Of a DNA stretch of 64,000 bases, positions 20,123 to 29,548 are shown piece after piece. How positions within the stretch are numbered: position 1 is the first letter of the stretch; each line of letters starts with the position of its first letter. This DNA comes from an uncultured Candidatus Saccharibacteria bacterium (GTDB lineage: Bacteria > Patescibacteriota > Minisyncoccia > Phycocordibacterales > PALSA-1337). The DNA is taken from NCBI GenBank assembly GCA_964358005.1, contig CAYHNH010000001.1:11625-75624 (forward strand). Direction: 5' to 3'. A program made the position numbers and the translations under genes. Under the pieces are notes generated by a model, which saw only the letters and a program-made list of their open reading frames with translations, was not told where the DNA came from and ran no database searches.

Positions 20123-20635
20123 ATGCGGCGGCAGCTCGCCTTCTTCACTTCCTCAAAAAAACTGAAGGGGTCTTTTTGTGTCGCACAATATTTTCGTCGC
20201 CCAGAAACCCTTGTGGCGTCTATTCAACTAGACAATGCTTTTGGTGACTTGTCCGTGATTTTTTTCGGATTCTGGAAGGATGCCGGGTCTCCTGATGTGA
20301 TTTTGCTCCATATCCACCTTCACTGTCTCCGGTACTATCTCCGGCACCAGGAAATAATTTATTTACACGAACTACTAAACGTGATGGCATAAAGAGTTTC
20401 TCAATCAATTCTTTGAAAATATGGTCAAGAACTATAGACATTTAACGATATTTCATCGTGTCCACCACAAATATACCTAACCACAAAACATCCGGACAAA
20501 CATGTAAATGAAATTTTGGGAGCTGCCGGATAATGTGCTCTCCGCCCACTCCCCCACATCGTAGCCAATTGCAATAACAAAAAAGGCGCCGCACGGAGCG
20601 ACGCCTAGAGGGTTGGAATCAGCAAGACGATCCAA

Positions 20636-21292
20636 TCAGCAGCGGCCCTCTGTCGTGAGCAGGTTCTCAACGAGCTTGCGCTGTTCGGTCGAGGGAAGCT
20701 TTTGGCAAGCCTCCTCGGGAGAACACCCTGACGACTCTTGGATGTTCCGTAGCACCTCGAAGGCTTCGAGGATGAGCTTCTTCCGTTCGAGGCCAGCCGG
20801 GTCCTTGGCAATCCACGGATGGACGACGCCGGTCCCGTTCGGCACATGGTAGTTGAAGTGGAAGTGCTCTTGGCTCCGCGCGCACCGCAGGGGATTGCCC
20901 CAGCGAGCCACGCAGGCGCCGCCGGTGATGCCGAAATGCACATCGAGAGCTGAGAAAACATTGAACACTTCGATGCGTTCGAGATGCGAAAGTTCAGTGT
21001 AGTGCGTCGCATGCCGTCTCAACGGAATGACGAACTGGTAGTCCTGGTTCGGAAGTTTCGAGATGGGATTATCCCAAACATTCCAAAAACGATTGTCGAT
21101 GCCGGGGATCGGCACATTGAGCTTGGTGTCGATCTGGCAGAATGGGCAGAAGCCTTCCTGGATCTCGTGGACCATGCGCAAGAAATATGGGTAATTCCCT
21201 GCGCTGAAGAGGCGCCAGACCTTGTCGGTCGGGACACCCCGGATAGAGACCGCCGGATAAGCGGGCTCGACACTGACGGATGGAGTTGTCAT
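20636..21292 (-). CDS. Divergent HIT-superfamily protein (CPFC zinc motif, HFHFN)
   Basis: FCPFC, N..P, RH, GG...ARWG, HFHFN; own promoter TTGACA-17-TAGGGT and terminator near 20581-20605. Confidence 0.7.
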   Translation of the reverse strand: MTTPSVSVEPAYPAVSIRGVPTDKVWRLFSAGNYPYFLRMVHEIQEGFCPFCQIDTKLNVPIPGIDNRFWNVWDNPISKLPNQDYQFVIPLRRHATHYTELSHLERIEVFNVFSALDVHFGITGGACVARWGNPLRCARSQEHFHFNYHVPNGTGVVHPWIAKDPAGLERKKLILEAFEVLRNIQESSGCSPEEACQKLPSTEQRKLVENLLTTEGRC

Positions 21293-21378
21293 TGGAACAA
21301 AATACTCGCAAACCCTACATGCGAATCATTCCACTGTCAACGCTGAAAAAATCCGCGCAGTACGTTATTATTCAGCGC

Positions 21379-22263
21379 ATGAAACCATATGCCGACCGGA
21401 CGCCAGATTCTCAGTATAGAAATCTCCTAGAAAAGATCATGCGCGAAGGCCGACGTACTATGCCGATCCACGGAGAAGAAGCTCGCAGTCTCGTTGGCGT
21501 CCAGATGCGCTTCGATCTCGATAATGGCTTCCCTCTCGTCACAGAGCGCGACCTTACGAAGCTCATGAACGGCGGCCTCTCTGAACATTTCGCGTTCCTC
21601 CATGGTGCCCGCACTCAAGAAGAGCTCGAGAAATGGGGTTGCAAGTGGTGGAAGGATTGGGTGACTCCGGAAAAATGCGCCATCTTCGACCTTCCGCCCG
21701 GCGACCTCGGCCCAGGATCATACGGACCAGCCTGGGCAGCGTTCCCCACAGCCGAAGGTAAGCCTTTCAACCAAATCGTGGAGGTCATGCGCCAGCTCAA
21801 AGAGAAACCATTCCTGCGTACCCACATCATCACGCCGTGGATACCTCAGTATGCCATCCAGCATTCGGGGCTCAAGCGCAAAGTAGTCGTCGCTCCATGC
21901 CACGGATATCTCCACATCTTCGCCTATCCCGAGACAAAAGAGCTTTCCGTCCACCATTTCCAGAGGAGCGGCGATGTACCGACCGGGGTGCCCTTCAACA
22001 TGATCCAGTACGGAGCATTCACTCTCATGGTCGCGCAGTTCATGGGCTACAAAGCCAAGGAGCTCGTGTATACGATCTCAGACGCACACATATATGAACG
22101 TCAGTACCCTTTTGTGGAAGACTTGCTCAAACGCGAACCAAAGAGACTGCCGACTGTTACCCTTAATCCGGACATAAAGGACTTGCTCGACTTCCGTCCT
22201 GAGCACTTCACTCTCACGGATTACGAGCCGCATCCAGCTATGCGCGTCCCGACACCTGTATGA
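21379..22263 (+). CDS. thyA: Thymidylate synthase
   Basis: RFDL..GFPLVT, GDLGP.SYG, APCH catalytic Cys, QRSGD..GVPFN, DAHIY. Confidence 0.92.
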   Translation: MKPYADRTPDSQYRNLLEKIMREGRRTMPIHGEEARSLVGVQMRFDLDNGFPLVTERDLTKLMNGGLSEHFAFLHGARTQEELEKWGCKWWKDWVTPEKCAIFDLPPGDLGPGSYGPAWAAFPTAEGKPFNQIVEVMRQLKEKPFLRTHIITPWIPQYAIQHSGLKRKVVVAPCHGYLHIFAYPETKELSVHHFQRSGDVPTGVPFNMIQYGAFTLMVAQFMGYKAKELVYTISDAHIYERQYPFVEDLLKREPKRLPTVTLNPDIKDLLDFRPEHFTLTDYEPHPAMRVPTPV

Positions 22264-22712
22264 AGAAATTTGTCGACCCAAATAATACCTCGGCCCGTCC
22301 CGGCGGTGAATACGCGCAAGTCATAAACAAGATCGCAACTGATGGCGTATGTCCGTTTTGCCCTGAACATTTGACTAAATATCACAAAAAGCCCGTCATA
22401 GAGCGGGAAATGTGGGTCGTCACGGATAATATGTATCCATACAAGCCCTCCAAGGTACACAGGCTCATCATCCACAAGGAGCACATCACGCACATAAGCC
22501 AGGTGACTCCTCACGGTTGGCATGTTCTGATGGAGATCCTGACCGAAGAAGTGTCGAAGAATAAGATCGTTGGCGGCTCTCTCATCATGCGCTTCGGCGA
22601 TACCAAATACACCGGCGCCTCGGTCTCTCACCTTCATATGCACATAGTGCAATCCGATCCGGATGATCCGACGTATGACAAGGCTAAGGGGCTTACGATG
22701 AGGATCGGGTAA
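22260..22712 (+). CDS. HIT family nucleotide hydrolase
   Basis: CPFC, NMYPY, HRLII.KEH, GASVSHLHMH; ATGA-coupled to thyA. Confidence 0.85.
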   Translation: MKKFVDPNNTSARPGGEYAQVINKIATDGVCPFCPEHLTKYHKKPVIEREMWVVTDNMYPYKPSKVHRLIIHKEHITHISQVTPHGWHVLMEILTEEVSKNKIVGGSLIMRFGDTKYTGASVSHLHMHIVQSDPDDPTYDKAKGLTMRIG

Positions 22713-22715
22713 CTC

Positions 22716-23546
22716 CTATTGAACCATCACGATCTCAACTCCAAAATGCTCCAGGATCTTTTCCGCATCCAGGAGCGAATACCCTTTAGCATAGTAAACC
22801 TTCTTTATTCCAGCCGTGCCTATGAGGCGCGCACAATTCGGGCATGGGAATGTAGTTGAATACAGAGCGCTTCCGCTAAGGTCGATGCCGTCATGGGCAG
22901 CTTTGGCAATGAGTTCAGCCTCTGCGTGAATAGATGTATAAACATCTTGATGCTGGCCAGCGTCAAAGTTGCTGCGGGGGTCGCCGTTGGTGCTCAAATG
23001 AAAGCTTGTGGGCAAGTGATGATTATGAGTCTGCAGGATAGCCTTGCCATCTTTCACCAGGACTGCCGCTATCTGCCTCCACCAATCGTCGCTCTGCTCA
23101 GCCTCCGTAGCCGCCGACGCCATAATTTCCCTGTGGAATTCCTCCTTAGTTATCTTCCTCTTGGGGTCTATCTCATTCTCCTTGAAGGTGATGACGCGAT
23201 TCCACCTAAGGAAGACTTTGACGAACTCGATCTTCTTTCCCGCCAAGCTCTTGGATGCCAGGTCAGCGCAGACCTCATCTTCCGGCATGATCGTGAGATC
23301 GTACTTCCAGTCCTTCAGCTCGAACTGTTCCAAGATGCTGATGTTCCTCTTTGGAAATATCGCGCGCAAGGCCGACAGAGCCTGCACTGGGTCGATGGTC
23401 CTCAAATCGCGCGTGAGGTGCACATACTGCTCTATCAAACTCGTCCCGAATATATATATATCACCCTGATTCTTATCAAAAAAATCCACATAGCCTTTGT
23501 GGATGACCGGCACGAATGCGATGACGGCTGTCTTCGCTGCACTCAT
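22716..23546 (-). CDS. dCMP-deaminase-family protein with N-terminal degenerate HxGH-like domain
   Basis: C-terminal HAE...PCPNCA, GIKKVYY; N-terminal FVPVIHKGY. Confidence 0.85.
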   Translation of the reverse strand: MSAAKTAVIAFVPVIHKGYVDFFDKNQGDIYIFGTSLIEQYVHLTRDLRTIDPVQALSALRAIFPKRNISILEQFELKDWKYDLTIMPEDEVCADLASKSLAGKKIEFVKVFLRWNRVITFKENEIDPKRKITKEEFHREIMASAATEAEQSDDWWRQIAAVLVKDGKAILQTHNHHLPTSFHLSTNGDPRSNFDAGQHQDVYTSIHAEAELIAKAAHDGIDLSGSALYSTTFPCPNCARLIGTAGIKKVYYAKGYSLLDAEKILEHFGVEIVMVQ

Positions 23547-23548
23547 GG

Positions 23549-24172
23549 CTAGGACTTGCTGCGTATATCCGTAAGGAATTCCTTGGTGAGCTCGGACACC
23601 TTCGTCGCCAATTTCTCCGCGCCCTCGATAGTGAGATTACGGATACGGGCCGAGGTGGTAGTAGTGGCTTGCGGGGGCAAAGTGACTATTTTACTGCAAT
23701 AGTCCACGTATTCATTCGCCATTTTACGGCTAAAGTCGGTCGTGGATTTCGAAACTACTAGAACATCGGGCTTTACGAGACGTATAAGATCGCCGATGTC
23801 GTCCTTTATATTGCGCAGGGTCACTATATCCACATGGCGCAGATGCACCAGCATCTTCAGGCGCTCTTCCTGCGGGACGATAGGCCTCTCTGGGCCCTTG
23901 CGCTTCCTAGTGAGCTCGTCAGAGTCGACGCCGACGATGAGCACGTCGCCCTGCGCCTTCGCGGTCTCGAGATACGCGGCATGACCCTCATGAATGAGAT
24001 CGTAGACGCCCTGGGTGAGCACGACCCTATACCCCATCTGCTTGAAGGTCTTCACTATCTTATCGAGGTCTTTGTAGTTAGGGATGAATCGCTGTTCGAG
24101 ATTCGTGTTCTGGGACAGGAGGCTCTTCACTGTCGTCTTCACGATATTCGGAGTGGGAGCGATCGGGGACAT
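23549..24172 (-). CDS. Cytidylyl/adenylyltransferase-family protein (RfaE/TagD-like)
   Basis: GVYDLIHEGH, LIVGVDSD, KGPERPI....ER, TTTS; TATAAT just before ATG 24172. Confidence 0.88.
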   Translation of the reverse strand: MSPIAPTPNIVKTTVKSLLSQNTNLEQRFIPNYKDLDKIVKTFKQMGYRVVLTQGVYDLIHEGHAAYLETAKAQGDVLIVGVDSDELTRKRKGPERPIVPQEERLKMLVHLRHVDIVTLRNIKDDIGDLIRLVKPDVLVVSKSTTDFSRKMANEYVDYCSKIVTLPPQATTTTSARIRNLTIEGAEKLATKVSELTKEFLTDIRSKS

Positions 24173-24252
24173 GGAGTGAATTATAATCCTTCGCGAGACG
24201 AACGCAACGATGACATATGCACAGTTTAATAACATAATGTTAGGATGAGGTC

Positions 24253-24786
24253 ATGAATGAGAGCGCCGGACAAAACAATCGACCAAACGTGAGCATCGTC
24301 GTGGCGATAACGGGCAAAAAGGCGGCCATAGGCAACGGCGGCAAGCTTCTCGTCTATATACCCGACGACCTCAAGCGCTTTAAGGCCATTACGCTTGGCC
24401 ACGCCATCATCATGGGCAGGAAGACCTACGAATCAATAGGCCGGTTACTGCCAGGAAGGAAGAATTTCATCGTCACGCGCAATCCATCATTGAATATCCC
24501 CGATGCGGTCATATGCACCGACCTTGATCAGGCCATAGACGAGGCCTGGCGGCACGAATCACAAGGCTCTAATGTGAATAAGGAAATATTCCTCATCGGC
24601 GGCGGCGAGATATACAAGCAGGGCCTTCCACGCGTGAAAAAACTATACCTCACCATCGTCGAAAGCGACCTTGAGGGCGACGTGTTCTTCCCTGACTATT
24701 CCGACTTCAAAAAAGAGACCTTCCGCGAGGAACGCCTCGACGAAAAGACCGGGCTCAAATACAGCTGGATTGATTTGGAGCGCTAG
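24253..24786 (+). CDS. folA: Dihydrofolate reductase
   Basis: IG..GKL, DDLKRFK..T, IMGRKTYESIG..LPGR, IGGGEIY, GDVFFP. Confidence 0.95.
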   Translation: MNESAGQNNRPNVSIVVAITGKKAAIGNGGKLLVYIPDDLKRFKAITLGHAIIMGRKTYESIGRLLPGRKNFIVTRNPSLNIPDAVICTDLDQAIDEAWRHESQGSNVNKEIFLIGGGEIYKQGLPRVKKLYLTIVESDLEGDVFFPDYSDFKKETFREERLDEKTGLKYSWIDLER

Positions 24787-26054
24787 AAGCTTTTCCTGCT
24801 CCTCAATATCCGTTCCTCTGGATACCACCTCGTCCGCAATTTGCCAGCCAGGAAGAACGAACCGGTCACAAGTATGCAGTCAGCTGTCTTGGCGGACTTG
24901 ATGGCTTTGTTCAAAGCCTTATCAGGATCGATCTCCACCATCACGCTTGTGCTCCTTTTTTTGAACTTCGTTACTAGCGGCAAGAGGGCTTTTGGGTTCA
25001 CACCTATCCTATCTCCTTCCGCGAATGAGGTGAGGATCATTTTGTCAGCTACTTGGGCTAACGGCTCAAGTATCGCCTTATTATCCTTCTTCAAGTCAGC
25101 TATCCCTGTAACTACGATCAATCGGCCATATGGGAGTCCGCGCAGATTGGATATCGTGCTCGCTATCTTTGCCCTGTTATGCGCCCCGTCCAGTATTATG
25201 ATAGGTCTCTCTTGGATGATCTCGAATCGGCAAGGGAGACGCGTCCTCTTGATACCAAAATCGACAAATTGATGTGATATCCCGATGTGCTCGGCAATCG
25301 CTTTGACCAATGATATGTTGCGCACCCGATGGTCGTCTGCTTTTCCGCTAAAGACGAAAGCAGATTTCTTTTTGCTGCACTCCTCCCTGAAGAGGTCTCT
25401 TATGTCTGACCTTTGTTCCGAGGTGAAGAAAGCGCTCCCTTTCTTGATTATTCCAGCTTTATCAAAAGCAATCTCACCCAGTGTTTTTCCAAGGATCTCC
25501 GTGTGGTCATAGTCGATGTTCGTTATAGCTGTCACGACAGGTTTGGCGACGAAATTCGTGGCATCATATCTGCCGCCCAGACCGACTTCCAGGACTACCC
25601 ATTCGCATTTTTGCCTCTTGAAATACACGAGCGCTATCGCCAGGAATATCTCAAAGGTCGAAGGAGCGCCGAATGGTCCCTTGGCAGCTTTGGCTATGAA
25701 TGGTTTCAGATGTTCCACTATCGAGGCGAACTCCCTAGGCGAAATATACAAATCGCCGATCTTGATCTCCTCTATTGCAGCCGTGCTGTAAGGAGAGGTG
25801 AAGAGGCCGGCTTTCTTGCCTGCCTGGGACAGCACATTCTGAAGCATTGTAGAGACCGTGCCCTTTCCGGCTGTGCCAGTCACATGTATATATTTGAACC
25901 CCCTTCCAGGATCCCCTATGGAATGCAGGAAATAGCGGGTCCTATCCAGAAAAAAAGAAGGGTCCCTCTTTTTGGGACCAAAATTCTTGCGGAACGATGT
26001 ATTAGAAAAGCTCTCTACGAAGGCCAGGCTTTTTCTGTACTGCAAAAAGCTCAT
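24783..26054 (-). CDS. folC: Folylpolyglutamate synthase FolC (start MSFLQY at 26054)
   Basis: IHVTGTAGKG, GLFTSP, EVGLGGRYDATN, LDGAHN, VTGSFFL. Confidence 0.92.
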   Translation of the reverse strand: MSFLQYRKSLAFVESFSNTSFRKNFGPKKRDPSFFLDRTRYFLHSIGDPGRGFKYIHVTGTAGKGTVSTMLQNVLSQAGKKAGLFTSPYSTAAIEEIKIGDLYISPREFASIVEHLKPFIAKAAKGPFGAPSTFEIFLAIALVYFKRQKCEWVVLEVGLGGRYDATNFVAKPVVTAITNIDYDHTEILGKTLGEIAFDKAGIIKKGSAFFTSEQRSDIRDLFREECSKKKSAFVFSGKADDHRVRNISLVKAIAEHIGISHQFVDFGIKRTRLPCRFEIIQERPIIILDGAHNRAKIASTISNLRGLPYGRLIVVTGIADLKKDNKAILEPLAQVADKMILTSFAEGDRIGVNPKALLPLVTKFKKRSTSVMVEIDPDKALNKAIKSAKTADCILVTGSFFLAGKLRTRWYPEERILRSRKSF

Positions 26055-26212
26055 TAGGCCCTGCCCTTCATCCTCTCCACGCAACACTGGCTGACCTTCT
26101 TGTCGGAGCCACAGGGGCACTTCTCGTCTTTCCTGCAGCATTCGCCGGCAAGTTTCTTTGACCCGCATTTGCATGGAGCATCGAGTCCTTTCATGTCCAT
26201 TACTACTTCCAT
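26054..26212 (-). CDS. 52-aa protein with two tandem SEC-C-like zinc motifs (not in ORF track)
   Basis: Hand translation MEVVMDMKGLDAPCKCGSKKLAGECCRKDEKCPCGSDKKVSQCCVERMKGRA; TAATG overlap with folC start. Confidence 0.75.
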   Translation of the reverse strand: MEVVMDMKGLDAPCKCGSKKLAGECCRKDEKCPCGSDKKVSQCCVERMKGRA

Positions 26213-26222
26213 TTGATTGAGA

Positions 26223-26645
26223 TTATTTTACTTCTACACCCATCTGACGAGCCGTTCCCGCAACAACCTTCATGGCAGCCTCTACGTTGTCTGTATTGAG
26301 GTCAGGGATCTTCTTCGTAGCGATATCCTTGAGCTGAGCCTTCGTGAGAGTGCCAACTTTGGCCGTATTGGGCTTGCCTGAACCCTTTTCCTTACCGAGA
26401 GCCTTCAGGATGAGACTAGATGTAGGAGGGGTCTTGAGGACGAAGGAATAGGTGCGATCTTCGTATACTGAAATAACGACAGGGATCATGTCGCCCATCA
26501 TGTTCTTGGTAGCCTCATTGAACTTCTTCGTGAAGTCACCGATGTTAACGCCGGCCTGACCGAGAGTAGGACCGAGTGGTGGGGCTGGGGTTGCCTTTCC
26601 TGCCGGGGCGATGACTTTGACTGTTTTAACTATTTTCTTGGCCAT
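26223..26645 (-). CDS. rplK: 50S ribosomal protein L11
   Basis: [23 protein letters not shown]. Confidence 0.97.
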   Translation of the reverse strand: MAKKIVKTVKVIAPAGKATPAPPLGPTLGQAGVNIGDFTKKFNEATKNMMGDMIPVVISVYEDRTYSFVLKTPPTSSLILKALGKEKGSGKPNTAKVGTLTKAQLKDIATKKIPDLNTDNVEAAMKVVAGTARQMGVEVK

Positions 26646-26666
26646 ATGAATAGATGTGAGATTACC

Positions 26667-27212
26667 TTAAACCTTCTTTACTTGCAAGAAATCGAGCTCT
26701 ACCGGGGTCTCACGGCCGAACATGGATACAAGGACCTTGATCTTGCCACGCTGAGTGTCGACTTCTCCGACCTTGCCCTCGAAGTCCTTGAACGGGCCAT
26801 CTGCCACCTTGACCAGATCGCCAATCGATAGGTCGATCAGGTGCTCTGTCTCGCCTTTGTTCATGCGAGCAAACAACGAATCCACCTCTGCCTTGTCGAG
26901 CGGAACCGGGTGCACTCCCGAACCGACGAAACCGGTCACGCGCGGAGTATTGCGCACGACATACCAAGAATCATCCGTAACGACCATGTCTACGAGGACA
27001 TAGCCTGGGTATATCTTCTCTTCCTCCTCGACGCGCTTGCCACCTTTGACCTTGATCTTCTTTTCGGTCGGCACTATGACAGCGAATATCTTGCCCTCCA
27101 TGCCCAGCGACTCTATGCGCTGTTTCAAGTTGCGCGCGACGGCATTCTCATAGCCAGCGTAAGTGTGGATGGCGTACCAATTTCTCTCACCTGATATCTG
27201 TTGTTTGGTCAT
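26667..27212 (-). CDS. nusG: Transcription factor NusG
   Basis: WYAIHTYAGYE, YPGYVLV, VRNTPRVTGF, KOW GPFKDF, FGRETPVEL. Confidence 0.97.
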   Translation of the reverse strand: MTKQQISGERNWYAIHTYAGYENAVARNLKQRIESLGMEGKIFAVIVPTEKKIKVKGGKRVEEEEKIYPGYVLVDMVVTDDSWYVVRNTPRVTGFVGSGVHPVPLDKAEVDSLFARMNKGETEHLIDLSIGDLVKVADGPFKDFEGKVGEVDTQRGKIKVLVSMFGRETPVELDFLQVKKV

Positions 27213-27216
27213 GTGT

Positions 27217-27393
27217 TTAGAAAAGCAAGGTTAGCAGGCGCTCGAATACGAAATCTGAAACACCGAGAAGCACGGCTGTGCCGATAGATACCAGTATTAC
27301 GGCCGCGGTAAAACGGATGGTCTCCTGCTTCGTGGGCCAGTTGACGTGAGCCATTTCAGCTTGTGTTGCCTTGATATATTCGCCAAGTTTCAT
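27217..27393 (-). CDS. secE: Preprotein translocase subunit SecE (not in ORF track)
   Basis: Hand translation MKLGEYIKATQAEMAHVNWPTKQETIRFTAAVILV...D; directly upstream of nusG. Confidence 0.92.
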   Translation of the reverse strand: MKLGEYIKATQAEMAHVNWPTKQETIRFTAAVILVSIGTAVLLGVSDFVFERLLTLLF

Positions 27394-27492
27394 GTTTTTA
27401 CCTAGATTTGTATTAAAAAACCCCGGCTGGGGATTACCAGCTCATAATATACCTCCGATACACCTAAGTCAAATGCAACCTTAAGATGAGCC

Positions 27493-28275
27493 CTACTGTA
27501 TCTCGTAAGTGATGTTCACCGTGCTTGTCACCTTCTGTTCGCCTGTCGGTATCTCGGGAGCAGATTGGGCAACTGCGGCATCCATGCCCTTACCGTACAC
27601 GTTGTACATCGGGCGAGGATAGTTTCCTGAATTCTCGGAGAAGCTGACGATGCGGACGAGCCTCACGCCAAGCTGTTTGGCCAGCACATCTGCCTTTGCC
27701 TTGGCTGCGGCGATTGCCTTGTTGCGGGCATCTGCCTGTACCTTGGTCGGCTCATCCACTGAAAAGGATAGGCTATTCACGTTCTGGACGCCGAGCGAGC
27801 CTATCGAAGTCAGGATCGTGCCAGCTTTCGTCAGGTCGCGGACCTTCACCTCTATGCTCTGGCTCACATCGTAGCCTGTGAGAACGCTCTTTCCGCCCGG
27901 GCAATAAGATCCAGTCGGGCAGACCTGCGTCTGATATTCATACTGAGGGGATATGTTGTACGACTGCGTAGCTATGTCCTTGTCGGCTATTCCCTGGTCG
28001 CGAAGCGCCTTTAACGCCGCATTCGTCTTTGTCGTTGCCTTAGCCTGTGCATCTCCGACTGTCTTGGCTGTCTCTGATACGGTGAAAGTGAATGTCGCTA
28101 TGTCCGGTACGGCAACCACGTTCGAAGAACCTTCGACGTTGATGGTAGAAGTAGTATCCGCGCTTCCAACATATCTGATCTCTTTCATGTGTTGTATCGC
28201 GAGGATCAACACGAAGATGAATAGAATGCCGAGAAGACCCGTAGCAACTGTCCAGAACCTAGATGGGATATTCAT
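27493..28275 (-). CDS. SIMPL domain (DUF541) protein
   Basis: TINVEG....AVPD, YNISPQY, A..KA..LA..LG, PTGEQKVTS.V...Y. Confidence 0.88.
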   Translation of the reverse strand: MNIPSRFWTVATGLLGILFIFVLILAIQHMKEIRYVGSADTTSTINVEGSSNVVAVPDIATFTFTVSETAKTVGDAQAKATTKTNAALKALRDQGIADKDIATQSYNISPQYEYQTQVCPTGSYCPGGKSVLTGYDVSQSIEVKVRDLTKAGTILTSIGSLGVQNVNSLSFSVDEPTKVQADARNKAIAAAKAKADVLAKQLGVRLVRIVSFSENSGNYPRPMYNVYGKGMDAAVAQSAPEIPTGEQKVTSTVNITYEIQ

Positions 28276-28320
28276 ATTATTGATTTTAACTTATTTTTTT
28301 AGCTTATTATGCTCACTAAT

Positions 28321-29193
28321 TTACACTCCCGCGCACAAATCTGCAAGATTTTCAAAAAGAGCTAGGACTGTCATAGGTCCGATACCGCCTGGAACTGGCG
28401 ATATCGCGGAAGCTATGCCCTTCACTGCCTCGAAATCGACGTCGCCGACTAGCTTGGACTCGGCAATCTCGTTCTCAAACTTCTCTCCCGACACGCTGTT
28501 GATCCCGACATCGATAACCACAGCCCCAGGCTTAACGTGGGAAACGCCTATTAAGCCGGGTTTTCCGGCCGCCACTATCAAGACGTCGGCCTTTTTGGTT
28601 TCTGACACGAGATCGGGCGTCTTTGAGTGGCAGATCGTCACGAAAGCACTCTCGTTCAGGCAAAAAGCCGCCAGAGGCTTGCCGACGAGCATCGAACGCC
28701 CCACGACCACGACGTGCTTGCCATATAGCTCAATCTTGTAGTGAGCGAGCAGTTGCTTCACCCCGCGGGTGGTCGCTGGCAGTACGGCATCTACGCGACC
28801 TTCCAACCAACGCTTCACATTGAATGAAGTCAGTCCGTCTACATCTTTCCTGGGTGATATCGCTTCTATGACTGCGTCTTGATCGAGAGCCGTCGGCAAA
28901 GGCAGCTGAACGATGATGCCCTTGATCGATTCATCCTCGTTGCATTCCCAGACTCGGGCGATGAGCTCCTGCTGGGCTATGTTCTCGGCAAGCTTTATGA
29001 GCTGGGTCTTTACCCCCACCTTTTCCCCGAATGACATCTTGGCCTTGATATACGCTGAAGAATCGGGTCTATCGCCCACTTGGATGATGGCAAGAACAGG
29101 CGGCTTTACGAGTCCCTGGATCTTTTTCTGGAGTTCTGGGATCCTCGAATCGCGCACGGATCTACCATCTAAGATGATTGCTGGCATGTTCAT
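28321..29193 (-). CDS. folD: Bifunctional methylene-THF dehydrogenase/cyclohydrolase
   Basis: VQLPLP, KDVDG, VVVGRS.LVGKP, VIDVGIN, PVPGGIGPMT. Confidence 0.96.
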   Translation of the reverse strand: MNMPAIILDGRSVRDSRIPELQKKIQGLVKPPVLAIIQVGDRPDSSAYIKAKMSFGEKVGVKTQLIKLAENIAQQELIARVWECNEDESIKGIIVQLPLPTALDQDAVIEAISPRKDVDGLTSFNVKRWLEGRVDAVLPATTRGVKQLLAHYKIELYGKHVVVVGRSMLVGKPLAAFCLNESAFVTICHSKTPDLVSETKKADVLIVAAGKPGLIGVSHVKPGAVVIDVGINSVSGEKFENEIAESKLVGDVDFEAVKGIASAISPVPGGIGPMTVLALFENLADLCAGV

Positions 29194-29250
29194 AAGATAT
29201 CACATTTTCCAGTTAAGTTGAGTGCGTTGATGCCGCCGTTTGTAAGCGTG

Positions 29251-29547
29251 GGAGGGTGTCACCCTTCCTTCAGCTCAACTTTTTTTATTTACAATAATAG
29301 AGAAATATTGTGCTAAGTGCTTCTACACCTTTCCTGCCGCACAAACAAGCGAGGAAGCTGCGTCAGTAATTGACTACCAGATAGAAATTTTTCTGCATGA
29401 AACCATGCTTATCGTCTATTGTATATAAAAATAGTAGGCGTACCCGAAGGATAACTCCCCCCCCTCACGCCTTCCGAGCGGTGTTATGCGCCGCGCCGCG
29501 CGACACCACGGTACGACACGCCCTTAATATAATAGAAAACGCTGAAA
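29251..29547. repeat. Dispersed ~240-300 bp element, copy 1 (inverted relative to the copy at 57602-57866)
   Basis: Reverse complement aligns with 57.6-57.9 kb, e.g. TTTACAATAATAGAGAAATATTGTGCTAAGTGCTTCTA and TATTGTATATAAAAATAGTAGGCGTACCCGAAGGATAAC are shared. Confidence 0.92.
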
Positions 29548-29548
29548 A

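Noticed and set aside
20130-20575. AT-rich 450-bp gap with ORFs 20220-20441 and 20018-20392
   Set aside because: No recognisable motif or start signal, and all frames are short. It may be a decayed gene, but I cannot support a call.
24222-24245. dif-like TTTAATAACATAATGTTAG
   Set aside because: Does not give the 11-6-11 XerC/XerD layout; more likely part of a divergent promoter.
26055-26174. N-terminal extension of FolC in the ORF track
   Set aside because: Better explained by the SEC-C micro-protein in another frame, ending at the TAATG overlap.
29199-29207. ATCACATTT in the copy-1 flank matching the variable window of copy 2
   Set aside because: Only 9 nt, AT-rich, and it pairs with the other copy's window; no reciprocal match, so treated as chance.
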